This document shows, piece by piece, positions 23,041-38,100 of a stretch of DNA of 64,000 nt. The notes below the pieces were generated by a model, which saw nothing but the letters and a program-made list of their open reading frames with translations, did no database searches and was not told where the DNA came from. A program made the position numbers and the translations under genes. Each line of letters starts with the position of its first letter. Position 1 is the stretch's first letter. Source of the DNA: Ancylonema sp. (taxonomy: Eukaryota); NCBI GenBank assembly GCA_050230475.1, contig JBFLGF010000031.1:1-64000 (forward strand), given 5' to 3'.

Positions 23041-26000
23041 CTACGCCAGGTTTGCAAGCCCAAACGATCTCCCCACAGCAATCGACCACGAGGCGAGCCT
23101 CTTTTCTCTCTCCTCCTGGCCGATACTTGGCTTGAATTCTCGGTCTCCTTCCTCTTGCACGCCCCCCTTGAACACCTCGTCTTCCGTCCACAACCCCACC
23201 GCCAGCCCTGCTGCGAAAGCGGCCCCTAGAGCCGTGGTTTCCACATAGGAGGGGCGCACCACGGGAGACCCTAGGAGGTCGGCCTGCGGGGGGGAACACA
23301 CACGCATGCACACGAGTCAATATACAAAAATCGGGGAGGGGGGTGGAACTAAATGAAACAAACAATATTAAAAATTAAAAATTAAAAAAAAAATAAAAAA
23401 AACGATGGAAAACCAAATAAACAAGAAAATCCATTTTTATTTTTTTTTTATTTTTTTTTTTTTTAAGAAAAAAAAAAGAAAAAAGAAGGTGCTTGTGCAG
23501 GTGTGTGCAGGTCCCTTGATTGTTGAGATGAAAATGTACAGCTGTCCATGTCTGAGTGATCCTGACCTGCAGCTGCATGAGAAGGTTGTTTACAGTGGCC
23601 CCTCCATCCACCCTGAGAAGAAATCCGTCTTTGGAGTCCATACTGCCGTTGCCCAGGTCAGAGTGCATGGCTTGGAGCACCTCACAGACCTGGAGTCGAA
23701 GGCACAGGAAATAGAGGGGAGAAATAGAAAGGAAATCAGGTGAGGATTTGTCTGTCTTGCGTAGGAACAGGGACTGTTCTAACAGCTGCTAGGTAACCTG
23801 TGGGAGGGGCAGCAGACAACCAACGTCTGCGCGTGTGTTTCTCTTCTTTTTTATTTTTTTCTTTTTATTTGAAACACATTCCTGCAATGTTTTTTTTCTT
23901 TTTGTTTTGGTCCTTGCCTGGAAGCACATGCTTTCCAGCACCGCCCTCGCAATGTGCGCCTTCCCCGTGTAGCGCGTGATCCCCACACACACGCCGCGGG
24001 CATCGTCACGCCACCAAGGGGCAAACAAACCACTGGGGACCAAAACAAAAAAGGAAACAAAAAGGATCAGGAACCTGCTTCACCCACTGCTCCTCACTAC
24101 TATCATGTCTACACCTACTACCACCACTACTGCAACTACAACCATCGCAACTTCTACTACTACTGCTACTACTGCTACCATTGCTACCACTGCTACTACT
24201 GCTACTACTACTGCTACTACTACTACAACTACTGCTACTACGGCTAAAAATACTACTACTATTTCTAATGTTGCTTCTACAAGTCTGCTACAACTTGCTC
24301 TTACTACTAGTGCTACTGCTACAGCTGCAGCTACTGCTACAGCCACAGCTCCAGCTACAGCCACTCCCTCCTAGTGGCCCACTACCTAGTCCACGCCACA
24401 AAAACCGTCGACCAAGTGCCCCAACCAACCCACTCCACATCCTCCATCCTGAGCCCCTTCCCTCTCTGGGCCGCAACCGTTTCCCAACCACACATTCCCC
24501 CCAACAGGAACCCCCCCAGTCCCCAGTCCCCAGTCCCCAGTCCCCTGACCTGAAGGCAGGCACGAAATACACGCCCCCCGTGCTCTCCACCTCCCCCGCC
24601 AGCCCCTCTACCACCCCCGCCGTCTGTATGAGCCCCAACCCGTCCCGCAGCCACTGCACAGCCGCCCCCGCGATCGCGATGGACCCCTCCAGGGCGTACT
24701 GGACAGGGGCCCCAGGGCCCAGCTGGAAGGCCAGGGTGGAGAGGAGGCCGTGGGTGGAGAGGCGGATGCGGGTACCCGTGTTGAGGAGGATGAAGCACCC
24801 GGTTCCGTACGTGGCTTTTGCCTGACCCGGACGGCACTTCTGCCCCAGCATGGCGGCGTGCTGGTCGCCCAGGCAGCCGGCCAATGGGGTGCCAGCCAGG
24901 GGCCAGTTGCCGCAGACGCTGCCCAGGACCTCTGGGGGGGGGGGGAGGGGGGGGGGAGGGGCTTTGAAATTGGATGGGGGATTTGGAGAGGGGTTGGAGG
25001 GTTGCGGGTTCTTGGGGGGGGGTGAGAGGTGGGAGTAGGAGGTGAGGGTGAGGTGGTAGGCAAAGGGGGAACACTACCACCCATAGAACCACACACACGG
25101 CATACATACAACCAAAAAACAGAACCAAAAAAAAAAACAAAAAAAAAAAACAAAAAAAAAAGCGAACTACAAATGCAAAAAAAGAGAATGAAACAAACGA
25201 TGAAAAAAAAAAGTCAAAACCAGAAGCTGCGATGACAACAACCACAACATGAAAATCAACAACGTAACCATCACTATAATTCTATTATAATAATGGGAAA
25301 AAAAAAACAAAAAACAAACAAACAAACAAACAAGAAGCCTTAAAAAAAAATAAAAAAAAAAAATAAAAAAAAAAATAGAGGGAGGTCTGACTTCTTCCCG
25401 GAGCGTTGCTGTTGTTTTCACCTGCGTTGCTCACGATTCTCGGCAGCATGGCGGGGGGAATGCCGAGTGTCTTCAGCGTCGGTTCATGCCACGTCAGCGT
25501 GTTCAGTTCCATCATCATGGTGCGGGACGCATTGGAGCAGTCGGTGACGTGGCGACCACTGGCAGAGGAACAACGACCCACGGCTCGGCTGCCACCTGGA
25601 AGAAAAAAAGAAGAAAAAAAAAGGAAAAAAAAAAAAAAAAGGAAGGAGGGAATGAGGGATGGGTGGGAAGTGCCCCAAGTATTGTGCAACGGGATTTGGC
25701 AGCGGTATGTGTCTGTGGGCGTGTGTGGTGAGTAGGGTACAAAATGAGGAGAAAGGAAATGGGAGGTGATTTCGGGAGAGGAGGGGAGAAAGAAGACGGG
25801 GGGGGGAGATACCGCACAAAACAAAACAACAAAATGAATGGTTGGTTGGTCGGGTTCCGTTTCCTCACTTTTTTTCTCATTTCTAGTCAGGATTGTGTAT
25901 TGACCTTTAGGACATTAATCATTCAGGCCACCAGGGGGGCAAGCCAGCCAGACACATGCAAAGTACCGGTAGCGCCACGTGGCAGCACGACAGTGCAGGT

Positions 26001-27410
26001 GGGGGGGGCCACCTGTCAAGTTCCAGATGAGCCACGTGTCCATTGTCCCAAACAGGGCGTCCCCACTCTCTGCCGCTGCCTTGACAGCTGGCACGTTCTC
26101 CAGGAGCCACAGCAGCTTCACAGCACTGAAATAGGTGCTGATGGGAAGCCCCGTGGTTTTACGGAAATGGTCCTTGCCGCCAGGGAGGGTCTGCTCCAGC
26201 CTCCTGTGGGGCAAACCGGGTAACCGGGTAACCGGGTAATAGTGTAACCGGGTGGCCGGGGGGAGCGAGTGTGGGGATGTGTGAGAGGATGTTGGTGGGG
26301 GGAGGTATGGGATGATAGGTGGAGGGATTTGGATATGCGGTTGTGCTATGGGATTGCGAACGATAAGTGAGTTTTCGACTGAATGTAGGAGATGTGGAGA
26401 ATGCCAGCTGTCACTCAGCTGCTGTCCTAGTCCCCTATAGCAGGGCTCATTGGGCTCATTGGGCTCATTGGGCTTTGTTCTTTCTTGCCCAGGAAACAGC
26501 TGCTTCTGCTGGATATTATCCAGTGGTCTGGCATTCGCTATTTTAGCGTTCGTTATTTTAGCATTTTTTTCCAACAAGGTTACCAACAAGGCGGGACAAA
26601 CGAGCGAGCTGAAGGTAGGTCCCACCTACATATGCTGCTTGTACGGACGTCCATCCAGACGAGGGCATTATAGAGTGGTTGCCCGGTGGACTTGCTCCAT
26701 ACGACGGTTGTCTCTCTCTGGTTCGTGATGCCGATTGCCTTTATCGCGGTTCCTGATAGACGAATGCCTGCAGCTTCGGCTTTCCGTACTGTTTCTGACA
26801 TGCAGGTTCGGGTGACGGCCAGACTGGTGAGGGGGTCATGCTCGACCCATCTGACAGAGAAGAAACATACAAACAGAAACGGGTGGTTCAGTTGAACAGT
26901 TTTATGCATGACCAGGCATGCTTGGAACCATGCGGAAGGGCACACAGCACAGGTACACATCTGTTCTGAAGGCAGACTAAGCTTATTTCAGGAATATGAT
27001 GCTTCGAGCATTAGGGGCATTTGGGATGAATGTGCAAGGCAATGGTAGAGAAGTAGACTCGACATGCTTGAGGAGACATGCTTGGGCAGCAAGTTTTCGG
27101 TTCAGCAAAACCACAATTCACAGAAGTAAAACCGCAAGATGTGCGGGTCCTGAAAGAATCCTCACTGACTGGTCAGTTGTGAAGATTGCAATGTGGTATA
27201 CAAATTATTTGCCCACATCGGTACCACATCAAGTGTATATGCGGGCTTTCAGGCTGAAGTCATAGGGGGAGGAGCCTACCCAGCCTGAGGATGAATCTGC
27301 TCAAATTCAAGTTGATGACTCGCCACTTCCCGAGCATTTTTATCGTATACAATAAACCTAGTGCTGGTCGTCCCTTGGTCGATGGCACCGACATATGACG
27401 GGAAATCCAT
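23041..27410 (-). CDS. GLPK: Glycerol kinase (FGGY family), 8 exons
   Basis: Exons 27410-27280, 26850-26626, 26203-26013, 25595-25422, 24931-24550, 24032-23918, 23689-23567, 23283-23041. Motifs [65 protein letters not shown]. Confidence 0.96.
24097..24362. repeat. (ACT/GCT)n microsatellite in a glycerol kinase intron
   Basis: Directly visible; produces spurious Thr/Leu/Tyr-rich ORFs. Confidence 0.9.
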
Positions 27411-28206
27411 TAACCTTTCGAAATTTCAAACGAAGGAAAGAGATTCCTTTAGCCGGAGCAGACTGAACACCGAATAAGTGTAGACGCGACACAAGCTTTC
27501 ACACATTATATTGTATTTCAGTTTCGAAGAACTGCCGTGGGAAAGTTTGGCAAAAAAATAGGTATCACTTATATGTATGAGGCCGACCGAGTCTGAAAGA
27601 GTTTGTGTAATCTGGACGTAAGCTCGCTGAAAGTTTCACGCGCTGCAGCTCGCTGATAAATCTAGAGGGTGCGCAGCGGTTGTTGGTTGGCGCAGTCGGT
27701 CCTCTTACTAGCAACCTATCGTAATCTATCGGGCAGCATTGTCACGGGGTAGACAAGCTTATTAGAAAAACTGTGTAGCTGCAGTGCTTTTTGCTTGACG
27801 CTGCAGCGTTGTTGGCCCCGCAACGCAAATCCCGCTTCTTGCCCCGAGTGACTGCGCCCCTTGCGCCGTCCCGAGCGAAAAGGAACAAAACATTCGCCCG
27901 GAGCGGATCTTCGATATTAGAAACTCTTCGTTAATCAGAAATTGTTTTGGGTTTTTTGGATTTCTTGGATTTCTTGGATTTCTTGTATTTATTGGATAGT
28001 ATTTCTTGGATTTTTTCTGCGTTTTTTATCGAAATATGGTTTATGTTAAAAAAACACTCGCTAGAAGACACTTTGTTCCCGCTGTTTGTATATTTCTTAT
28101 TTCGGGGTTTGACGGTCAAGTTGAAAACAATTTGGGACATGATGTGATTGTGGGATGTAGTTGGGGATGAGTAGTTTTTTAGTCGGGATCTCTAAACTGT
28201 TGGCAC

Positions 28207-28823
28207 TAGCGTTGTGAAATTACGTTATTTTTGGGTTGGACTGTAGTAATTACCGTTTTTTTACGCGTAACGTATGAATGACGTCTTTTTTTTTTGGTAA
28301 ATTACGGACAGGCGAAACGTGTAGTGTAAGACATGTGTAAATTACACTTACCGGTAATGTCGTTACTTTGGTAAATGGTAATTACGGGTAAGATATTTGA
28401 GCACGTATTTACCGTAAATGACGATTGTGAGGATAAAATCGACCTTAAATTGTCAAATGACGTTTCGCCAGACGTCACATTCTATGAGGTTCGATTCCAT
28501 CGAAGCCATTCACTGTACACAAGTCTTCATGGTGAATGACTATGGACAAAGATTTAGAAAACCCAAGTTTTTTTTTTTTTTTTTTCAAATAAATATATAT
28601 TTTTATATATATATTTATTATTTATTGTATAAATTAATATTTATTAATTCATATGACTGAAATGTACCAGATATTACGTTTACCGGGAATTTTGGCTCTG
28701 TAACGTGTATTTTACTAATTATGCGTAAAACGTAAAAATTACATGTATTTTTACGTTTTACGTTACGTTACACTTTACGTACGAGTGTAAGTGTAAGGTG
28801 TAATCGGTAATTTCACAACGTTA
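28207..28823. mobile_element. hAT-type MITE, family 1
   Basis: TIRs TAGCGTTGTGAAATTAC / GTAATTTCACAACGTTA; perfect 8-bp TSD GTTGGCAC. Second copy at 41927-42570. Confidence 0.9.
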
Positions 28824-29097
28824 GTTGGCACACATATCTCGGGGTAATTTGGGTGATTCATTGTTGTGTGACAAAGTACCTCGCTACTTGCATATTTTTC
28901 TTGTGTTGAGTAACGATTCATATCGATACATCAAAAACATGCCTGAATTTATATTTATGGGACGGTAAATGTTCATCCAGAATGGTTATTGGCTGAGATT
29001 TTTTTCGTCACAAATTTCGTAATATTTACTTTTACGACTGGCTACAAAGTAAGAAAAAACAAACAACCGAATACAGTTTGCGACTTTCCGCATAATA

Positions 29098-29132
<35 letters not shown>

Positions 29133-31467
29133 GTTTACTTTTTTTTCTTCCTGCTACACCCAAAATGTTTTACATTTTTTTGGTAATAATATGTACGAAT
29201 ATGCACCAAATTGAACGGAATCCATTCATATTTAAACCGACACGTAGAGAAGAATATTAGTAAACACGTTAAAGAGGTTTACTAAGAGTTACTACCGTGC
29301 AAGAGTGTATTCGGTCGTGTCGTTGTAGTGCGTGCCTACCACCGCTATAGGAAAGATTGAGTGGTATATGCGATATAGCGGTCGTGTGGGATGTTATAAA
29401 TGGATGTATGTTCTAGGTCCCTGCGTTAAATTTAGGCGACTTTGAAGTTTCCGCGGATACTTCGTTAGTAGTGAATTATGACTCGTGCTCCGGATAACTT
29501 GTTTTCCCATAAGTCGTGAGTTAATATTAGCCAGCATTGGTGTGTGGGAAAAGTTTTCCCGCGTGTGTCCGTCATAACTTTTGGCCCAACGTCGCCCTTC
29601 AAGCTCGTTGGTGCTCCATCCTTAATCGTCTATGTTTGGACTCTTGTCTTTCACTTTTCGGCAACATTTCCCGGGAAAGCTAATCATTATGACACTTGGG
29701 TGTGATGTGATGTTACGAAGTCTGTGATGTATGCATGGAGTAGGAAGTGTGTAACCCTTCCAATTTTGTGCGACTTAGTGTTTTTGTGTAATAGGTTCAA
29801 AATCGATAAAACTTGCACTTTTGGTATGAAATGCGTCGGCATTTGTGCTGGTAGAGGCAACGATGAGTTTCGATACATCAAGCCCCTACGTCTTGGGGGA
29901 GTTTTTATATTATTTTGATAAGACACCAACTTGTACAAAATTGACAAGACATGTTTTAATGTATGGGTGTCTCCTGGTGATGTTTATTGGTTTTTTATAC
30001 GCACCACATATTATTTATTTTCCTAGTTGGTCCCGTGCCGTCCGGCGGACTTCCACAAGAATGTTGTGCGCGAGCGGATCGTAACACGTTCAAAACGCAT
30101 GCGAAACGTTGGTAAAACTCGAACTATAAAATATCTAAACTGTAAATTGATTAAAACTTTGAACCTTTGCAGGTTTAAAGTGGATTTAGTGATAAGTGCG
30201 TATTGTGTACTTGTTGCAATCTACACACATATATGTAACGCATATTCCTACTTTACATCCCACCGTGTATGCCTACTAGGCTAACGTAAACCACGGTGTA
30301 AAACATAATGTATGCGTAGTTGCAAACGCAAGCGGGATTGGTAAACGCCGAACGGCAAACACCAAATTCGAAGAGTGATACCAACGCAAACGTATGCATT
30401 CCCAAACGGCTTAGGAGCCCAGACCGTAAATTTGTACGAACGTTTGCCGAACGGCCCATAAGTACTAGCGTTTGACCCTCGTCCGTACTACTTTCCGGAC
30501 GTTTGCCAAACGGCGCAAATTGGAGAAAAACAACAAACACACAAAAAATGCACCTCGTCTTTTCATCGTCATTACTTTGACAACGGTCATTAGCTAAGCT
30601 ATATCAGGCCGGGTCCTGATCCGGCAATTTTCGGTGGTAAAGAAGTTGAAGTAAACTTTTGGTCATTTGGACGTTTTGCAAACGCCTACGTATGGCAAAC
30701 GGTGTTTGGGACGACTTTTGTCGTTTGGGTGCAATCTAAATATTTGAATTAAGGAAATCTGTGGAAAACAAGATGACTCGATTTTTCTCACAATGTGTAG
30801 CTGGTATGCATGCGGTTCATTGCTTTGGTTGTTACGTTCATAGTGTAAAAATGAACCTTTGGAGGTATATGATCTTCATGAACACCCGGGGTTTCATGAA
30901 AACTGAAAGAGGGGGGGGAAGTCTAATGTCCAAACGGTGCTCGGGATTTTCGAACTTGTTTGTGTGCGTACGGAACCCGCACGCCTCCGACCCAACAAAT
31001 GACATGAAGGCACTCACTCACACCATTATTTTTATGCAGACAAAACCCCGAGATTTTATTCCACTTTGTGCCTCTGCAAGGAATCCTTGGGAATATGCAA
31101 GTATATGCATCAACAAGGGTAAGACTCTTACGGAAGTCCTAAGATGTACTTAAACTTCTATGTATTCCTATCCCCATTTTTTGACGTGGCGAAGTCGAGG
31201 ACATGTCATGTTGGCAAGTGAAAAGAAAGACCCTTCATGTGTAATGGCCTTCATGTGAAAAAATGGAAATTCTATGCCATGCAAATTGATTGGATCAACG
31301 CGTAGTGTTGTATAACTGACAACTACTTGTATTTTCAATACTCTTCTTATCAAAACATGTACTTCCAGGTTCACTTGTCACAGAGAGTGCAACATCATAC
31401 GATGGTGATACCATCTACATATACGGATGTGAAATGATTGGAGGTGCCTAACTTATATCAAAAAGTG

Positions 31468-33488
31468 CTACTGAGCTGCTTGGAAATCTCCAAAATCGCC
31501 GTCATCGGCTGCCACCTCTTCCTTTGCTGATCCAGCTTCATCAGCCGCATCTGAAGCAGATTTGTTGTCCCCTTGTTGCAGATTTGGAACTCCAACCTCA
31601 TCCTCTCCTGAAAAAGATCCAGATCCAGATCCAGACCCAAAACTTGGTCTCAGATCTGACTCGCTTGTGATCCGTAACCTTGCAAAGGCCCCAATGCTGC
31701 CGGATGGCGGGGGAGGGAGGATAGGCAATCCCTTATCTATGGAAGTGGTTCTGAGTGGGTTGACACTAGAGACTGGGGGTGTGATGAGGATAGGCGATGC
31801 TGACGGCTGTGTGAAGAAACTGTCACTCAAACCTGGTTTGGGCCTTGAACTCTGCACAAATGAAGACAATGAAATATAAGAAATATAATCCATTCATCTG
31901 ATTGGCACAAGCTCTTCCTGTTGTAACACCACTTCAGATTCCATCGGAATCTTCAAGCATGCCAACAATAAATGTCATTTTTCTAACCTACCCACCAGAT
32001 GAGCTCCACCCACCAGAGAGTACTCAAGGGAGTCCCACAGTTTCTTCCCACACTTCAAGGCCCAGAATTTCAGAGAGCCGTCCTCTTCTGGACTGCTTTG
32101 CAACTTAAAAGAGATGCCTGATGTGTCACCCCTGCTGTTCCATTTCGTGAAGAAGCATGCCTTATAATGCCAGTGTGCATGCGTACTTATGAATCACATG
32201 CATTGCCGTAGTCGACTTAGTATCCTGGATGCAGAACTCCACCTGGATGACCTCCAGTCTATATGCCTTGTAATCCTATATTAGTGTGATGTGTGAAGAT
32301 AAGTTTACATTAGTTCAGCCGTATGGCGACCTTTCTGAACCTCTATCTAACTCATCAGCTGCCAATTGTGCGCTTGTCTAAAGATCAAGAATTGGAGGTC
32401 GCATACAATATATGGGATTCAACATGTGGCACTGCTACCTTCACTTGTTCTTGTGGTCACTGCAGACAGTCTTACCCGTTTGATATCGAGGTGAATCGTT
32501 TCACCTTCCTTCAAGCTGTAGTCCACTTGAGGCTTGGACTGATACTCCTGTTCCATCTCTGCAGCCTCCTTCTTCTTATTCATATATTTCACGTGGTCAT
32601 ATAGGGCTGCCTGAAAGTCATATGCCTCGGGCCTTTCTCTAAATCCTAAGCCAACGAAGGCATGTCTTCCTGAATTACCCAGAGTATCTTCTATCCTGAG
32701 AACAAAGAATCTGCTACTGTCTATGACAGCCTCCACAGGTAAAGGCTGGTCAGCTTTGATGGCGGACTGAGCATACAGCTCTCCACTTTTTGTATCCTCT
32801 AATCTTATAAGACATTCGTGTCCCTTCGATACAACTTTGAGGGCACCTTCCCACGCCCATTTGTTGATATCCCACTCATCTGCCCTGCAGTGTAACAGAC
32901 TCCAGCGGAGTGGCATCAGTGGTTCGCTGCAGATTCAAGATTCGAGTAACTGCACCTGCTAGAGGGTCATGGCGTGGAGAGACAGTAGCTTCAGAGTACT
33001 TTCTCAATGGCATTTCAATCGAAATGAAGACACTCGATGACGAGATAGGAGCTGGTAAAATTACCTGTAAGAAGCTGCACTCTTGCGTGGCGGAATCTGC
33101 GACACAAAACTCCGACAAATATTGAAAATTTTAGAAAAAAATCTAAAAACAGGACTTCTTTCTGCGAGCATCAGTCAAGTTCAGAAAGAGTTTGAACCTC
33201 GTGTCATGCAGTAGACTTGTTCCCCACCTGACTAATGTGTCCCCTGCTTTATTAGTAGACCACATCGAATACAGTGCGTTATGTTCAAGCTCGGCTGACT
33301 AAATTCTGTGCAGTGAGTTGTGTACCGTGGGGCAAGAATTGTATGAACAATGTTGACAAAAGCTGCTGCCTCACCTTGTAAACGTAGCATTCCGCAACTT
33401 GAAATAGTACCAACTCTGCATAAGACTCCTCTGCCTCCAATTGATCATCTACAGCATTCGGCACAGGTTTTTTTATTGCTGCTGCCAT
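31468..33488 (-). CDS. Adaptin ear-binding coat-associated protein (NECAP-like)
   Basis: Exons 33488-33375, 33096-33065 (IPPRKSAASYR), 32884-32476 and ~31851-31468. Motifs RADEWDINKWAWEG, DSSRFFVLRI, AFVGLGFRER, DYSLKEGETI, C-terminal DFGDFQAA. Confidence 0.92.
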
Positions 33489-34209
33489 CTGTGTCTATCG
33501 CAATCGCATTCCGGAGCAGGTTTGCGAAGAAAAGTGCAAACAGCATTCAACTGCACTGACTGGGACCGACCATGCTAACTTGAGGTTTTCAGAGCTTTTG
33601 AAACCATACGCATATATCTCAGCATCAACACTGTCAGAAAAGCCCGTGTGTACCCCTCCGCATCTTCCTGTTCTCGTCCATCATCCGTAATGCACCCAAC
33701 GGTATTGAATAGCGGTCAGCAAGCTTCTTTCTGAGGTGCGAAAATGGGAGGGATGAGGGATCGCAGAGCCCGGGAGCCCGTGAGCTCGTTTGCCCGCGAT
33801 CCTGTGGAAATCCGAGCCCGTGAGCCCGCATGTCTCTTGACGGGCTCGGAGGCAGGCGAGCTCACGATTTCTGGTATCAATGGGCTCGGGATTCATAAAC
33901 GCTCATGCAATAGGTTCCCTCATGCGGGGCTCAAATGGGCTCATTCGGGCTCATTTACTGGTGGAATACGGTTTGAAGATTCGACATAACGTGTACAAGT
34001 GTCCGTAGAGACTACTAACATATTCCGAACACGTAAATACTGCGAACTAGGTAAGACTCACCCGTAGTCTCACATTTCGTAGGTTTTGTAGATTCTGGAC
34101 GCCCTCACGTAGTGTGAGTCACAAGGCAAACGACCGCCACTGTATATAGGGGGATATGAGGTATGCTTGATACATTGATTAATTTCATTGACTTGCCACC
34201 TCCTTCTTG

Positions 34210-35144
34210 CATAGTTGCACGAACCGGCTGTTTTTTTTTTTGGGAACCGGTTCCGAGATGGAACCGTTTCGGAACCGGACGAACCGGAATATTTTTAGGG
34301 TTATACTCCTTCCCGCGGTAGAACATTTTTTCCCTCCCAAAAAACGTACGCGGGGGAAATAAATCGTTGCAAATGTTCATGTTGGTAACTCCACGTCCAT
34401 TTCAGACGCTAAAATTGTGAAATATTTCATCGGAAAAATATGGCGTGGCCATTGTTAGTTTCAATTTGCTTTATTTCGCGCCATGGCAGGACGTGGTGCA
34501 TTTTCATTGGCAGAAAACAACACGCGACCTTCCACTATGAAAATATTTGGAGAAGCAAGAAACGTGAAAGGTAGGAGAATTGAGTAGGAAGAGAGTGGTT
34601 ATAAATGGAGTGCCGCAACTTTGAGCAGACGATCGAAAATAAAAAATAAATGGAAAGTTAAATCAAATGTCGAGTGGCAATACAAAATGGGTGATAGCAT
34701 CATGTTGCAACATTTTCACATGAAATTAAAACACGGAATGGGAATGAGGAAATATGTATGGAATGAGGGTTACTGGATAATACAAAAAAGAGTGAAACTG
34801 AAATTGGAATTTGTTATATAACTACTATTACATGAACACCAAGAAAGTGTGCAGAGAAGTGAGCAAAACAGAGAAATGCACTGAAAGGTGGCAGATACAT
34901 TCATGAGAAAAATCGTTTTGAGTTTTTTCACTATGTGTATCATTTGTTTGATACTTTTTTTTGGATAGACCATGAAGTGGTACACAAAAATAAACTATTT
35001 GTCGTTTTTTTCCGAGCCATATAGCCCCTCAAAATGCCGTTTAAGTGAAAAAACCCCTAAATCCCGCGGTTCCGAACCGCGGCCACTTTTGTCGGTTCCA
35101 TATAAGATCCGGTTCGGAAACGGTTCGGAGTTCGTGCAACTATG
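34210..35144. mobile_element. hAT-type MITE, family 2
   Basis: TIRs CATAGTTGCACGAAC / GTTCGTGCAACTATG; 8-bp TSD CCTTCTTG/CCTTTTTG (one mismatch). Inverted copy at 42595-43520. Confidence 0.9.
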
Positions 35145-38100
35145 CCTTTTTGTGAGAGACAAACAAATTTATTTTTTGCCATGGCGGATGAGGATAGCCC
35201 ACTCTTTCATTCCGAAACGGATTCACACAAGTGGTGAATTGCACAAAACACGGTGGCAAATTAGATGATGCAAGAGTGAATGAAAGGTGTCTATGGGATC
35301 ATCATTTCCCTCACTGTCCCCATTCCAGATTATGTGGAGGGTCACGCAAAGGCAAAATCGATATCTTAGTAGCAACATGTAAGGAAGTTGGTGTGTATGT
35401 ATGTGTATTGGGGTATGAGGGTGTGTGTACGGAAATGCATTGGATATTGAATTGAATTGAATTGAATTTTGTGTTGAATTGAATCATATTCAATTCAATA
35501 CAAATTACATCCATACGTGACATGTCACATATGGGACATGCGACATGGGACTCGCATATTTATACTCGTACTGAAACAAAGAACATATGGCATTATACAA
35601 ACTTGGGTCCCTGACAAGGTTGGCGGGACGGTTCTCGCATTTGTCCCGGACGCCACTTGTTGAGGACATGTCCCGAGGATCCCGAACATGTCTGGTGCCA
35701 ACTATGAAAAATATCAAACTACATTATTTTTCCATTTAACATTTTTTAGAGACACATGAGTGGGGGTTTTCATGACATGACACTTATATAATATTTGGTA
35801 CGCGCATCGTATCTTGCTCACGTACAACAACGCCACTGCTCGCCTAGGCGATTCACTTAGTCGTTTTCATGGGAGTTGTTTTACAATGTGTCCGGGTCCG
35901 AGACGTGTCCAGGCTAGGACATGTCTCGGACATGTCCGGAGACTTCCAAGGATGTCCCGGTGTTATGATTGCATTCATATGCAAAGAGCGGGGAACTACA
36001 AACCGTTCCATTTTTTCCCATGACCACTTGAATGAAGAAGTAGAGTAATGAGGCCGCTTTCTTTTCCTAGAGAGCCCGTCACGAGCATGAGCCCGTTGTG
36101 AGCCCGTCGTGAGCCTAGAGCCCGTTGTGCCCGAGATAAACGCATTCCAACCATGTCGAGACCGGTAGGATTGTGCTCCGTCAAAATGCATGTGCCGGTC
36201 CATATCTTTGTAGTCACTAATGGTGACTTACTATTGCGAATAACATAAAAACAACAAGTTGCAAAAACATGGTCATGGTTCATAATGAAAAGAAAAAATG
36301 TGTGATAATATCATTATCCATCAACGTAATCCTTGTTAAATGTCATCACTCGCATAAGATAGATTGCGCAACTTGCATGCAAGTTAACCCCTTGTTCAAT
36401 ATATCACGAGTGACTCAATAGTTGGGTTAGTTGGAATAACACATCATACAAGTATCATCAAGCATACTCTCACTACACAATAAAACTATTCGGAGTGAAA
36501 TATGTTGTGGGGCAATTTGCACCCCAATACGTCAAATTGTCTAGTTCCCGTCTTCAAAAACTAAAAAGAAAAACTACCCAAGAATTGGAGAATAGCGACG
36601 GGCACAATGTCTTGGTACACATGTACTCTTTTTATCACCCCGGAGCATCTTGTAGCCATGTAGTATTATGTCAAAAACTCCAAAAACCGACAAAATGGAG
36701 ATACTAACGAATGCAACGAAAACGAACATGAAGTCCACCAAAACATAGGACTTGGATGCTCCCCGACCCAGAATTTCAAGTTCTTACCAATTCTTTAGAA
36801 TTTTATGTGAGGACTATCATAGATCCGAATTCGGGATCATCCAATTTTATCACTCCAGAGGTCCCCAACATTAATTACATGAATTCCCTGATTTGCCGCG
36901 ATAATTTCCGCTCTTTGATACCACGCTAAGCTGACTGCATTCACCACGAATCACAACGAAGAACCTTACATTTGAATCACTATAGCATGAAACAGGTGAT
37001 GTTGATGCTAATGTTGATGCTCATGATGAGTTAAAGCTCGTTACAAGAACAACAAATAATAAGCCTTCCGTGGCCTTGCAAAAAAATAACTACACAGCAA
37101 GAATGACAACGTGTAATTATTTAGATATCATAAAAGTTTTTGGAAACAATCGAAGCCATCAAAAGAGTAAAGCAAGAACATAGATTTCGAGAATAAAGAG
37201 AAATTGCAAATGGTTTATGGAAATCATACCGAATGTTTTGGAGGAGGCTCCACCTCAACTCTGATACGCAATACTTCATGGACTGGTGGCGGCCTCTGTA
37301 CCGTTTTCTTCCGCCCAAACATCTGTCAGCGCGCTCACAGAGTTCATTTTTTAGATTTGTAAAGAAAGGAAATTAGCCGGAGCATGCCATGATGCAACAA
37401 GAGAAGGAATCGAAAATGGATCACACGTTTCTGAACGGTATCATTTGCTACATGGGAATAATAGAAGAACTCGACTAGGTGTTCAGATACACGATACGAC
37501 ACCAAAACCAACACAATTTAATAACATGTATAGTATCGCTGCAGCAATGACATCATTTTATTACTGTATACATGACCGCATGCTCGAAAACGCCTGAAAT
37601 GATTATCATCACATGTCTCCAAATTCAAGTTGATCTTTCTATCATGCTAGATTCTGGCACGAGATTTTTTGTCGACACATGTCGTTTCAGCTAGGGAAAA
37701 GAAAATAGGGATCTGATCCCAGCACGCCGCCGTCTTTATGAAAATAGGCATCACAAGCACCACAAATTCACCGCAGAAGCATAGAAACAGTTGATATCTT
37801 CTTCACCCAAAATAGATGCTTCCCAAAAAAAAAGTCACCCTGGCCATCAAAACTGCCGGCAGGGCAGCCCTGCAGATGAATATAACGCAGCAGTAAACCA
37901 ATGCCCTGTTTTATAGCCACAAGAGGCCCAAACTGTCGAGGATAGAGTACGAGCGTATCAACCTTGCTTAGCGTGGTCTTCAGTCACTCCTTGTGGTCCT
38001 CTGCGGATGCGTTCATAAATTCGTGGAGGTGCTCCTTCATCTTGCCTACAGTGGATGTAGGCTCTGGTCGATCACAACCCTTGGCCCCAGCGTCGGGTTC

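Noticed and set aside
23954..24825. Thr-, Leu-, Val- and Tyr-rich ORFs
   Set aside because: Artefacts of an intronic trinucleotide microsatellite and of the antisense strand of glycerol kinase.
31990..32104. Extra NECAP exon
   Set aside because: The flanking exons already join in phase 0, and this segment would shift the frame and lacks family similarity.
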